From Candidatus Thorarchaeota archaeon (lineage in GTDB: Archaea; Asgardarchaeota; Thorarchaeia; Thorarchaeales; Thorarchaeaceae), in the NCBI GenBank assembly GCA_020348985.1, contig CP070761.1:156331-175399 (forward strand): DNA of 19,069 nucleotides, given 5' to 3'. Below, one piece after another: positions 1-8,272 of the stretch. Below the pieces are notes generated by a model, which saw nothing but the letters and a program-made list of their open reading frames with translations, was not told the DNA's origin and searched no databases. Position 1 is the stretch's first letter; every line of letters starts with the position of its first letter. Made by a program: the position numbers and the translations under genes.

Positions 1-2015
1 AGCTTGAAGGGGCCTATCCGGTAATTGTCAAGCCAGGGTCTCTCTCCAATAGTTGCGTGGAAACCAGCTACTGCTGGAGTCTTTCTCGCCGCAGCAGTGA
101 CTGGCTGAACCTCATGTCTGGTGATTTCTTCAATAGCTCTAACATCAGTATGAACCGTGTCAATGAGCCATTCCAATCCAAGTTCTTCGAGTTTCTCTTT
201 GGATGGCCTTCCGTGCTCATCCCAACCTCGATACTCGTAATAGGCATCCAGAAGAACATCCAGGTTGACGACATGGCCTTCTGCAGGACCTTCCGGTAGC
301 GGATCCTCCAACAGTCGCGGCGGCAATGTGTCGTCCGCTCTTGTGAATCCCTCTCTCAAGATGTAAGCGCGCTCTAGGTTGTAGATTCTTTCTCCTGTTT
401 TTCGGAACTCCTCGGCTGTGATTTTGAAACCCATTAAGGTAGACATCAACTTGGCCCAATCTTCCGCAGTCAGCACCATGCCCATGAACTTGCATCCACC
501 AATAGCATCGAAATTACCGAGTGCATCCTCGAAGTTCTTTACCACCAAAGCAGTCTCTGGGATTTCCTTCAGGGGGTCTCCAACATCTGCGTCATCGACT
601 ATCATGAAAGGCATCGCGAGAAAGGCTGGGCCTTCAATATACGCAGTAATGTGGTCTCCACCACGATTGGCAACAGCATAGGCTAGACCCGTCACCTTGG
701 CTGCTCGACTATCATAGGCAGGAAGCTCAAGACCTTTGACGTGCATCGCAAACCTCTCGGAACCCTGTCCGAGCTTTTCGGACATCCTCTTCGTGCCCTC
801 GGCGAGAAGATCTCCAATCCCCTCCCGCTTTCCAATCTTGTGCACTATGTCGACGATTAGCTGAGGATTACCCCAAGAGAAGTCCATCCCATCAACGTCC
901 TTGTCAGTGAGGATGCCCCTTTCATAGCATTCCATAGCAAATGCAACTGTGCTACCTGCGGAAATAGTGTCCATGCCGTATTCGTTGCACAGAAAATGAG
1001 CAAGTGTGATTGCCTCCAGGTTGTCCACACCACACATAGTCCCGAATGAGCCTATGGTCTCGTATTCAGGTCCTTCCCCTTTGCTCTTGAAGGGGCCCGA
1101 CTTGATTTCTGCAATTCTGCCGCAGTGGATAGGGCATGCGAAACATGGTTTACGTTTCACGAGAATGTTGTCATTTATCGCTGTCCCATTTATCATCTCG
1201 GCGTTCTCGAAGACGCCTGTCTGCCAATTCCTTGTCGGGATTCCACCCTTGACGTTGACGAGGTCCACCATAGTGGCAGTGCCATAAACCTCGAGGGTCA
1301 TTTTCAGGATGCTTTGGTTCACCCAGTCGAATCTCTGCTTCGCTTCAGCTTTGTATGCCTCCGGATCTGCGATGGGTATGTTCATGGTTCCCTTGGAAGC
1401 AATGGCCTTGAGGTTCTTTGACCCCATAACAGCGCCAACACCACATCGACCAGCCGCACGTCCCCAGTTTTCTTCATCACAGTCGTTCATGATTGCGGCG
1501 TACTTCACGAGGTTCTCCCCTGCAATGCCGATGCATGCTACATTGAATTTGGATCCATGTTTCTCCCTGAGGATTCTTGTTGTCTCAGAGGTGTTCATCC
1601 CCCAGATCTCTTCAGCATCTACAAGTTCTGCTCTGCCATCTTCAGTAAGCAGGTACACTGGCTTTGGCGCTTTGCCCTCGAAAATGACCCCATCAAATCC
1701 GGAGCGCTTGAAATCCCTTCCCCAAAAGCCTGCAGAGTTTGCCTGGCCCCAGCCATTGGTTAGGGGAGCCTTCGTAACCACACTGTACCTTCCTGTGCTA
1801 GGTGAAGACGTGCCAGTCAAAGGACCAGTCATGAAAATGAGCTTGTTTTCTGGTCCAAGGGGATCAATTCCCGGCTCCGTCTCATCAATGAGAATCTTGG
1901 TAGCTAATCCTGCACCTCCAAGGTACTTCCTAAGGGTCTCCTCATCTGGGAATTCCTCAGTGATGGTTGAGGTTGTCAGATTGACTCGTAGAATCTTACC
2001 CATGTAGCCATACAT
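1..2015 (-). CDS. aor: Tungsten-dependent aldehyde:ferredoxin oxidoreductase (AOR family), 3'-partial, with an in-frame C-terminal extension running off the window
   Basis: Hand translation from ATG at 2015: MYGYMGKILRVNLTT...YLGGAGLA, TKAPLT, GRAAGRCGVGAVMGSKNLKAI, CFACPIHC (4Fe-4S), GPEYET, CNEYGMDTIS, NRGGDH, YYEYRGWDEHGRPSKEKLEELGL. No stop seen down to base 1 (>671 codons). Confidence 0.96.
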   Translation of the reverse strand, partial: MYGYMGKILRVNLTTSTITEEFPDEETLRKYLGGAGLATKILIDETEPGIDPLGPENKLIFMTGPLTGTSSPSTGRYSVVTKAPLTNGWGQANSAGFWGRDFKRSGFDGVIFEGKAPKPVYLLTEDGRAELVDAEEIWGMNTSETTRILREKHGSKFNVACIGIAGENLVKYAAIMNDCDEENWGRAAGRCGVGAVMGSKNLKAIASKGTMNIPIADPEAYKAEAKQRFDWVNQSILKMTLEVYGTATMVDLVNVKGGIPTRNWQTGVFENAEMINGTAINDNILVKRKPCFACPIHCGRIAEIKSGPFKSKGEGPEYETIGSFGTMCGVDNLEAITLAHFLCNEYGMDTISAGSTVAFAMECYERGILTDKDVDGMDFSWGNPQLIVDIVHKIGKREGIGDLLAEGTKRMSEKLGQGSERFAMHVKGLELPAYDSRAAKVTGLAYAVANRGGDHITAYIEGPAFLAMPFMIVDDADVGDPLKEIPETALVVKNFEDALGNFDAIGGCKFMGMVLTAEDWAKLMSTLMGFKITAEEFRKTGERIYNLERAYILREGFTRADDTLPPRLLEDPLPEGPAEGHVVNLDVLLDAYYEYRGWDEHGRPSKEKLEELGLEWLIDTVHTDVRAIEEITRHEVQPVTAAARKTPAVAGFHATIGERPWLDNYRIGPFK

Positions 2016-2056
2016 GCAAGATGAACCTCGATTAAGCAAGAAACGGTTCTGTGCGC

Positions 2057-2065
2057 TTTTATAAG
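2057..2065. promoter_or_regulatory. Candidate bidirectional TATA box between aor and moaD
   Basis: TTTTATAAG (reverse CTTATAAAA) in the 83-bp divergent gap. Confidence 0.55.
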
Positions 2066-2098
2066 CTTGATGACTGCACAGAATCAGAAGGAGATTGC

Positions 2099-2392
2099 TT
2101 GAAGGTCACAGTGAAGTTCTTTGCGCATTTAAGAGACCTCGTTGGAAAAAAGAGCACAATAGAGGTTGATTTGGAGGAAGGTGCCACAGTATCACGACTC
2201 ATGGCAGAGCTTTGTATGGATGAGCAGGTCAGGGCCACGTTACTTGACGAGAACAGGGAACTCAAGTCGGACATAACCATCCTGAAGAATGGTCGAGAGA
2301 TACGATTCCTGGAAGGGATGGACACCAAATTGGAGTCAGGAGACGAAATCTCGGTCTTTCCGGTTGTTGCAGGTGGAAACCAAACGGATTAA
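2099..2392 (+). CDS. moaD: MoaD/ThiS-family ubiquitin-like sulfur carrier (SAMP-like)
   Basis: TTG start after AAGGAG; KVTVKFFAHLRDLVG...ILKNGREI...LESGDEISVFPVVAGG followed by NQTD; next to AOR. Confidence 0.92.
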   Translation: MKVTVKFFAHLRDLVGKKSTIEVDLEEGATVSRLMAELCMDEQVRATLLDENRELKSDITILKNGREIRFLEGMDTKLESGDEISVFPVVAGGNQTD

Positions 2393-2421
2393 AGTCGGAA
2401 CGAACTTAGGCGTTTATTACA

Positions 2422-2871
2422 ATGCCGAAGTTTCTATCAGACGAATGGTTGGATTTGTACAAGGACGCGCTCAATGACAACGAGGCCTATGCCAAGGCAG
2501 CTTCGTGGTGGACTGGTGATTTCATTTTTATTGTCAGAGCCAGCGGCAATCTGGATCATGATGTCAGTGCTTTCATCGGACTGAAGCACGGCAAGTGCAC
2601 TGGTGTGAAGTCAATATCGAGTGAGGACGAATATGAACTTGTAGCACCGGGAGGCAGCGCAACCAGCGAGGACAAAATCGCAGTAGAATATGTCTATGAG
2701 GCTGACTACGACTCTTGGGTTCAGATTCTGAAGGGCGACCTGGATCCGGTTCGTGCTCTCCTTAGTGGACAGTCTAGGATCCAAGGTGACATGGCAAAGG
2801 TCCTCAAGGCCACAGATGCCGCGAAGGAACTCGTTCGAACTGCAGGAATGGTTGAAACCGAGTTCTTCTAG
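2422..2871 (+). CDS. SCP2 sterol/lipid-binding domain protein
   Basis: FLSDEWLDLYKDALN...YAKAASWWTGDF...ADYDSWVQILKGDLDPVRALLSGQSRIQGDMAKVL, typical of prokaryotic SCP2 proteins. Confidence 0.88.
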   Translation: MPKFLSDEWLDLYKDALNDNEAYAKAASWWTGDFIFIVRASGNLDHDVSAFIGLKHGKCTGVKSISSEDEYELVAPGGSATSEDKIAVEYVYEADYDSWVQILKGDLDPVRALLSGQSRIQGDMAKVLKATDAAKELVRTAGMVETEFF

Positions 2872-2891
2872 CAATGATTGGGTGAGATGCA

Positions 2892-3299
2892 ATGGATGAG
2901 GCCGCACAGGAAACCCTGTTCATGACTTTCAGGGCCGTAATACAAGACGTCATCGCAGACAAGCGCAAGAATCCAAAGAACACAAAGACACTGGACGAAT
3001 TCGAGGCCAAGATGAACATCGGTCTACATGTTGAGGAGGCGTTCATCCTTTGGGTCAACCTGATAGCCGACGGCGGCGAATACACTCTCAACAAGGGCAG
3101 ACTGTACGATTATGACCTGGAACTGGTCTCCGACCCTGAGGACTTGATGTATTTCACGAATCGGCAGTACTCTGTCCTCAAGATGATGCTTACAAAGAAC
3201 AGGTTCGGAAAAAGGCGGCTTCGCTATAAGGGTGGAACAACAGGTAGAAATCTGGGCAAACTATTGGCATTACGAAAGGTATTGGTCTTGGACAAATAG
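2892..3299 (+). CDS. Hypothetical protein, possibly divergent SCP2-like fold
   Basis: 135 aa, GGTGA SD, 20 bp after the SCP2 gene; pattern WVNLIADGGEYTLNKG..YDLELVSDPEDLMYFTN...LRYKG recalls SCP2 topology. Confidence 0.6.
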   Translation: MDEAAQETLFMTFRAVIQDVIADKRKNPKNTKTLDEFEAKMNIGLHVEEAFILWVNLIADGGEYTLNKGRLYDYDLELVSDPEDLMYFTNRQYSVLKMMLTKNRFGKRRLRYKGGTTGRNLGKLLALRKVLVLDK

Positions 3300-3369
3300 T
3301 AGGCTTGGACTTCCCCGAATAGACCCATGAGTGAGCTAGAAGGCTCTACGGGCTCGCAGAGCCTACTAT
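3296..3369. repeat. 10-bp perfect inverted repeats enclosing an inner hairpin between convergent genes (possible bidirectional terminator)
   Basis: ATAGTAGGCT (3296-3305) / AGCCTACTAT (3360-3369); inner GTGAGC-TAGA...TCTA-cgg-GCTCGC. Confidence 0.55.
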
Positions 3370-4058
3370 GGTGAATAGTAGACATTGTAGATTCGGAAAG
3401 GGGATCCTCCTAATGCATACCAAACACGACAGAGCAGGAATTTCCTCACATGAAAGATTACTCCGTGTTCTCGAAAACCTTGAGCACTGGTTTCAATCTT
3501 CTCCTTCAGCAGAACAACTCGTCCTAACTTCTTCATACATTGTGATAATCGCAAGTCCTCAAGAAGTGGGACTTCAAGCAATCTCAAACACTGCCTTAGA
3601 ACGTCGGTCCGCACAAACATGGCACGGTCACCGTAGAGTTCCCCAGAGATCCTAAACCATTGATTCAGCATCCAGTTACCTAGGTCATAGTATGGTCTAT
3701 GGTAGTCATACGTTACGGAGAAGCCTCCACCAACAACTCGCGGATCATCAAATGCGGCAAGAATCGCTTGATCCCATCCGTCCGGGGGAATCGTGTCAGA
3801 GTGCAGTAGCAGAGTTATGTTGCCTGTGACACTTGCGATTCCTTTGAGAAAGGCAAAACCCCGACCTCTTCGGGGGGCCTCCACCACTGATTCATTGGAG
3901 GCTTCCGGTTCAATATGCCCAGTTAGTATCGGATTGTTCAAAACAAGAATGAATTGTATAGGAACATTCGCCGAAGATAGCGCCTTCCTGATTTCAGGGA
4001 TTCTATGATTATTTGTATGAACTGGGGTTACCACAGAAATCAATGGTGAACGTTCCAT
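3366..4058 (-). CDS. GT2 glycosyltransferase, TIGR04283-like (rSAM/selenodomain-associated transferase 2, arsenosugar-associated)
   Basis: Probable ATG at 4058 after GGTG; ISVVTPV, RGRG, LLLHSDT, VVGGGF, YGDRAMFVR, PLLEDLRLS, ETSA; clusters with arsS-like and TIGR04282-like genes. Confidence 0.85.
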   Translation of the reverse strand: MERSPLISVVTPVHTNNHRIPEIRKALSSANVPIQFILVLNNPILTGHIEPEASNESVVEAPRRGRGFAFLKGIASVTGNITLLLHSDTIPPDGWDQAILAAFDDPRVVGGGFSVTYDYHRPYYDLGNWMLNQWFRISGELYGDRAMFVRTDVLRQCLRLLEVPLLEDLRLSQCMKKLGRVVLLKEKIETSAQGFREHGVIFHVRKFLLCRVWYALGGSPFRIYNVYYSP

Positions 4059-4175
4059 AGTGTGCACCAAGCTATTTCGCTCAGGTGGCGTCCAATACTG
4101 AAGAACAGATAAGCATATCATTATCTCCATTATGATGTTTTGCCAATTCCGTAATCAGTAGAAGGAGGTAAGATC

Positions 4176-4931
4176 TTGACGAGTGATTCAGCTCCTGATG
4201 CTACCCCCGCTCAGCCGAACAAATACCAAGTCGGTCCGGGAATTGGACTCCTGTTAATGGGTATTATGTACCTCGTATTTTGGTTGTCACCATTGACCTT
4301 TGAAGCGTTCACAACAGATCCTCGATGGTCCCACAATTGGGTCTATGCATTGATAATCATAACAATAGGTGCTTCCTTCTACCAGAAATCTGTGGGTAGT
4401 CGGTTCATTGCTATGGTACAGGGACTACTGATGCCACTCACTGCAAGTGGAGCGTTCAGTACAACATTGATGACAATGGCCGCCCTATTCTTCCTCTCAT
4501 TATGGATTGTCGTCTTTCTTTTCGAACGTAATAGAAGTACCCTTTTGCTACATCAACGGTTGTCGCAACGTACCCAGAATTGGATAGTCATGCATTCACT
4601 GATTGTCTGTTGGATTCTTCTTGCACATATGGGACTCGTTTTCTTCTTCGGTCGGCTACCATTTGAAGCTCAGCTTGACACAATTGGTACTAGCCTGGGG
4701 GAAAGCATTGGTTTCCTGATCAATCTTCCAATTGAGCGCTATGATTTGGTAACCTATGTGTTTGACATCAACTTGACAATTCTTGCGGTGCTTTTCGGTT
4801 ACGAGCAATTCAAGGTCGGCTATAACCTCAGGAATCGTCCTTGGCCTCGAATCAGCTTTTGGTTTCTCTGGATTACCATCATACTCGGCCTAGTGCTACT
4901 TCCTATCAATCTCGAAGGAATCGTACCTTGA
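4176..4931 (+). CDS. Polytopic membrane protein of unknown function (about 7-8 TM segments)
   Basis: TTG start after GGAGGT; 251 aa with repeated hydrophobic stretches. Confidence 0.8.
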   Translation: MTSDSAPDATPAQPNKYQVGPGIGLLLMGIMYLVFWLSPLTFEAFTTDPRWSHNWVYALIIITIGASFYQKSVGSRFIAMVQGLLMPLTASGAFSTTLMTMAALFFLSLWIVVFLFERNRSTLLLHQRLSQRTQNWIVMHSLIVCWILLAHMGLVFFFGRLPFEAQLDTIGTSLGESIGFLINLPIERYDLVTYVFDINLTILAVLFGYEQFKVGYNLRNRPWPRISFWFLWITIILGLVLLPINLEGIVP

Positions 4932-4954
4932 GACTCATCTACGTTGTTCAATTG

Positions 4955-5665
4955 TTATGAGAATAGGATTTGCAGAAGCCCTGGATTACTCCGAAGATAT
5001 TCCATGGTCCGGAGAGTACTTGAGGGCTGCATCTCGTGGGTTCTGAAGAATTGTCGGAGATCCCTTTTGGTGTCGATATCGCCCCATTCCGGCAGCACTC
5101 GGACCCGGTTAGTTACGGTTTCTATTCGTGAAAGGGTTTCCTGAAATACGGTTTCTGTTCCCCAAGATATGTCATAGAATGCATCGGCGACAAAGTGATC
5201 GTGGGCGAATCCGATTAGATAAAAGCCTCCATCAAGTCCCGGCCCAATGACTACTTCGTCGGTTTGAAAAGCTGATATCGCTCTTTGTAGAATCTCCGCT
5301 GGGAGGTCCGGACAATCGGTTGCAAGAGCAACTACCTGTTGATACTCTTTGTCGAACATCGTGACGAAGCCATTATGGAGGCGTTCCCCTAAGTTCTCAC
5401 CTTCTTGTGGAAAGAATTCGTATGAATGTCCCAGCCAATCAGCAAACTTGCCGTGAGATTCTGGTGGATGTACTGCAATGTGAAAGGGAACATCCAGAGC
5501 TTCCACTGTTTTGAGTGTGTCTTTGACAAAAGCACAGTACAGGGCAGTTGCAGCTTTTTCTCCCAAAGACTCTGCAAGCCGTGACTTAACCTTCCCTGCC
5601 TCGGGATACTTCATCACGAGGAAGATGCCGGGTTGGAGTCTCTTGTCAGAAGGATACACAGTCAT
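4955..5665 (-). CDS. TIGR04282/DUF2064-like CofC-related transferase (rSAM/selenodomain-associated transferase 1, arsenosugar-associated)
   Basis: KYPEAGKVKSRLA, QEGENLGERL, ATDCPDL, VIGPGLDGGFYLIG, ISWGTETVFQET, DIDTKRDL; 19 bp downstream of the arsS-like gene. Confidence 0.92.
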   Translation of the reverse strand: MTVYPSDKRLQPGIFLVMKYPEAGKVKSRLAESLGEKAATALYCAFVKDTLKTVEALDVPFHIAVHPPESHGKFADWLGHSYEFFPQEGENLGERLHNGFVTMFDKEYQQVVALATDCPDLPAEILQRAISAFQTDEVVIGPGLDGGFYLIGFAHDHFVADAFYDISWGTETVFQETLSRIETVTNRVRVLPEWGDIDTKRDLRQFFRTHEMQPSSTLRTMEYLRSNPGLLQILFS

Positions 5666-5684
5666 TCATCCTTGTCCACGTTTC

Positions 5685-6635
5685 TTACTCAAGGGCACCG
5701 GCACAAGAAGATCCGAATCCAGCCGTGCAGCCAAAACAGTGACTTCCCGTCACGATTTCACGGGTTCTATGGGAGGCACGATCAAAGAGATTGACTTGTC
5801 GGGGTGTAGTGACAACTGGAAGTTCGAGGGCGAAATTGAAATCGCAATCATAGAGAAGTCCATCCCAACCAACGCAGACCTGATGGCGGCACATCAGTTT
5901 GTCCAAAGTGAGAGGATTAAACGATTCCTCAAGGAGCTGCTGGTATTGAGCGGATTTTTGCCCCGCTTCCAGCATTTGTCTAAACCGGCCAATAGGCATG
6001 TTGGTTATGGTCAACAGGCGGTTGAATTGGATATCGAATTCTGAAGACAGTGTTTCTTTGTAGGTTTTTTCAAGCTTGGATTGATCAGGAGGCAGGAAAG
6101 CATCTTCCGGATTGAAGACCAGATTCAATTCCAGCTTGGGATTGATTCCGTAGCCCACGGCATTGAGCTCCCTCAGAATCTGAATGCTTCTCTTGAACAC
6201 TCCTTTTCCTCGCTGCCGATCCACATCTTCCTCCAAATAGCATGGCAACGATCCAACCAATCGTACCCTAAGATCCCGATACATCTTCATATGTCCTCTC
6301 AATTCCGGATCCAGAAGTACAGTGAGGTTTGTGCGAACCTGAACGTTATGGTTTCTGTCAACTAATGCTTCTAGAAATCTGGGAAGGGAGGGATTCAATT
6401 CAGGTGCCCCGCCTGTGATGTCCACAAGTTCTGGGTGAATCTCATCGGCGACTTTTAGGACATATTTCATGAGGTCCCAATTCATGATATCAGTACTCTC
6501 TGGCGTGGCTTGTACATGACAGTGAGTACAAAGGTGATTGCACCTATTTCCCACATTCACCTGAAGCGTGCTATGAGTTAGTCCAGTCAATTTGGACCCT
6601 GTTGCGCTTACCATTCGTTGACTAAACGTCGACAT
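5685..6635 (-). CDS. arsS: Arsenosugar biosynthesis radical SAM protein ArsS-like (TIGR04167, DUF3641 C-terminus)
   Basis: ATG at 6635 after GAGGTG; TLQVNVGNRCNHLCTHCHV (CxxxCxxC), DITGGAPELNP, SLPCY, VDRQRG, ITNMPIGRF, LMCR, YDCDFN, HCFGCTAGFGSSCAGAL. Confidence 0.93.
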   Translation of the reverse strand: MSTFSQRMVSATGSKLTGLTHSTLQVNVGNRCNHLCTHCHVQATPESTDIMNWDLMKYVLKVADEIHPELVDITGGAPELNPSLPRFLEALVDRNHNVQVRTNLTVLLDPELRGHMKMYRDLRVRLVGSLPCYLEEDVDRQRGKGVFKRSIQILRELNAVGYGINPKLELNLVFNPEDAFLPPDQSKLEKTYKETLSSEFDIQFNRLLTITNMPIGRFRQMLEAGQKSAQYQQLLEESFNPLTLDKLMCRHQVCVGWDGLLYDCDFNFALELPVVTTPRQVNLFDRASHRTREIVTGSHCFGCTAGFGSSCAGALE

Positions 6636-6691
6636 TCTCTGCACCTCTTCGGCCAATCCCCAACACAAAAGCGTCTCATATAGATTTGGAG

Positions 6692-6705
6692 ATTGAGGAC
6701 TCAAT
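6692..6705. promoter_or_regulatory. Palindromic site upstream of arsS (candidate operator)
   Basis: ATTGAG-GA-CTCAAT, just upstream of a weak TATA-like AAATCTATAT on the minus strand. Confidence 0.35.
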
Positions 6706-6751
6706 GTTGCGAAGGAAGATTTGCTTTTGGCAATAGATGGTCCAAGGACAT

Positions 6752-8266
6752 TTACTCTGTGGACTTTGATCTGAACTCCCTTCCTTCTTTCTTGCAAAGT
6801 ATCTGGATCACGTTTCTGCCAGTATAGATGCTGCCCGGGACACCTCCTCCTGGCAATACCCAATGTCCTGCCATGTAGAAGTTGTCCAAGCCTGGCAAGG
6901 TGCGTGGAATCAATTCTGTCAGAGTGCTCCTTGTCAACAACCAGCCCATCGGGGAGCCCTTGTCGTTCAGGGTGTATCTCCAAGAAGTGTAGGGAGTGGC
7001 AACATCCGTCATCTCGATCTGAGAGCTAATCCCCGGATAGTGAACGTCAAGACGTTTGATTATCTCCTCTGCAATCTGTTTCTTGACTTCCTTGTATTCG
7101 TCATGATTCTGTCGGAGATCATACCAGTAGTCCCAATCAGTTTCAAGCATGACCTGAATGACGGTCTTTCCTTCAGGAGCAAACGCGTCACCGTAATTCA
7201 TAACTCTCAATGGGAGACAAGTTATGGCACGCCCACCATATTCGAGTGGTTCCTTCATAATGTAGATAGTAAATGGAGCCTCTTTCTCAAACACTCTATC
7301 GACACCTAGAGTCACAATCACCATTGGATCATAGGGTTTCCAGGTGTCGTAGCGCTTCTGGATTTTTGAATCGACATACTTGCCGCCAAGCATGTCATAG
7401 ATCGTGCTTCTACCATCAGCGGCGGATACGACAATGTCCGCTCTGTGCTCTGTCTCATCTGATAGGACTACACCAACGGCCACATCGTCTTCAACTAGAA
7501 TCTTCTCTACTTTGGCCCGATACTGAATCTCGCCGCCCAGCGACTCGTATTTCTTCACAATTGCTTCTATGAATTCATGGCAACCACCTTTGAAGAGACC
7601 CAGCAGTCCTGCTGCAACTGTTGCCATTATCATGATCACGAACCAGATTGCGACTGTCGGCGTAAATAGATTCTTGAAGAGAATCTTCAGAAATGGATCT
7701 TTCAGGTACTCTGAGTATCCTGTCGCAGACTTGGACCACTTTCCAGTGAAATACTTCATGAAGCCTCGCATGTTCCACATGTCTTTCAGAGTATCAAAAC
7801 GACCTCTGAGCTCGGGTGGACTAGTACTCATTCCAAGATCGGTCAAAAGTGGAGAGTCCTTCATCCAGTCGACCTCCTTGACGAACTTCCGAATCTCATC
7901 TGCGTCTTCTGGAGAGAGCTCGATAAGGTCCCGTTCCAGTTTCTCGAGGTCCATTGTGAATTCGACAGATTTGGTTCCTGTTTCGTCAACAAATCGCATG
8001 TACTTGGTCATGTCTTCGATTTCATAGGACCCAACTGCACCAATCTCTTTGTACACGTCATAGATTTGTGTACCTGGCTTGTGGCAGATTAGAAAGTGGA
8101 TTCCCCCATCTATCAGGTAGTCACCTCTTCTCCAAACGGCAGCGACACCCCCTGGCTTCGTGTGATACTCGAAGATCTTGCTTTCGTAGCCATTCATCTG
8201 CGCATAGCAGCCTGTTGATAGTCCTCCCAAGCCCGCTCCAATAATGATCATTGACTTCTTACTCAT
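6752..8266 (-). CDS. Phytoene desaturase (CrtI)-family NAD(P)/FAD-dependent oxidoreductase; substrate unknown
   Basis: IIIGAGLGGL Rossmann motif, FE..PGG, DGGIHFL, DVATPYT, LPGLDNFYMAGHWVLPGGGVP; GAGGAGG SD. Confidence 0.9.
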   Translation of the reverse strand: MSKKSMIIIGAGLGGLSTGCYAQMNGYESKIFEYHTKPGGVAAVWRRGDYLIDGGIHFLICHKPGTQIYDVYKEIGAVGSYEIEDMTKYMRFVDETGTKSVEFTMDLEKLERDLIELSPEDADEIRKFVKEVDWMKDSPLLTDLGMSTSPPELRGRFDTLKDMWNMRGFMKYFTGKWSKSATGYSEYLKDPFLKILFKNLFTPTVAIWFVIMIMATVAAGLLGLFKGGCHEFIEAIVKKYESLGGEIQYRAKVEKILVEDDVAVGVVLSDETEHRADIVVSAADGRSTIYDMLGGKYVDSKIQKRYDTWKPYDPMVIVTLGVDRVFEKEAPFTIYIMKEPLEYGGRAITCLPLRVMNYGDAFAPEGKTVIQVMLETDWDYWYDLRQNHDEYKEVKKQIAEEIIKRLDVHYPGISSQIEMTDVATPYTSWRYTLNDKGSPMGWLLTRSTLTELIPRTLPGLDNFYMAGHWVLPGGGVPGSIYTGRNVIQILCKKEGREFRSKSTE

Positions 8267-8272
8267 ACCTCC

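Noticed and set aside
57-2007. Plus-strand ORFs over the first 2 kb (e.g. 1309-2007, 232 aa) and short minus-strand ORFs 68-274 and 217-495
   Set aside because: Antisense or off-frame shadows of the AOR gene, with no recognisable motifs.
5685-5760. Selenocysteine in the ArsS C-terminal motif
   Set aside because: The codon is TGT and the ORF ends at TAA; no in-frame TGA.
6636-6983. 116-aa N-terminal extension of ArsS in the ORF track
   Set aside because: Overlaps the 3' end of the CrtI-like gene in another frame; family similarity and a GAGGTG SD point to ATG 6635.
5511-8027. Plus-strand ORFs of 94-177 aa opposite arsS and the CrtI-like gene
   Set aside because: Antisense shadows of well-supported genes.
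6752-8266. Assigning crtI and carotenoid synthesis
   Set aside because: Only family-level motifs, and no phytoene synthase or other crt genes nearby.
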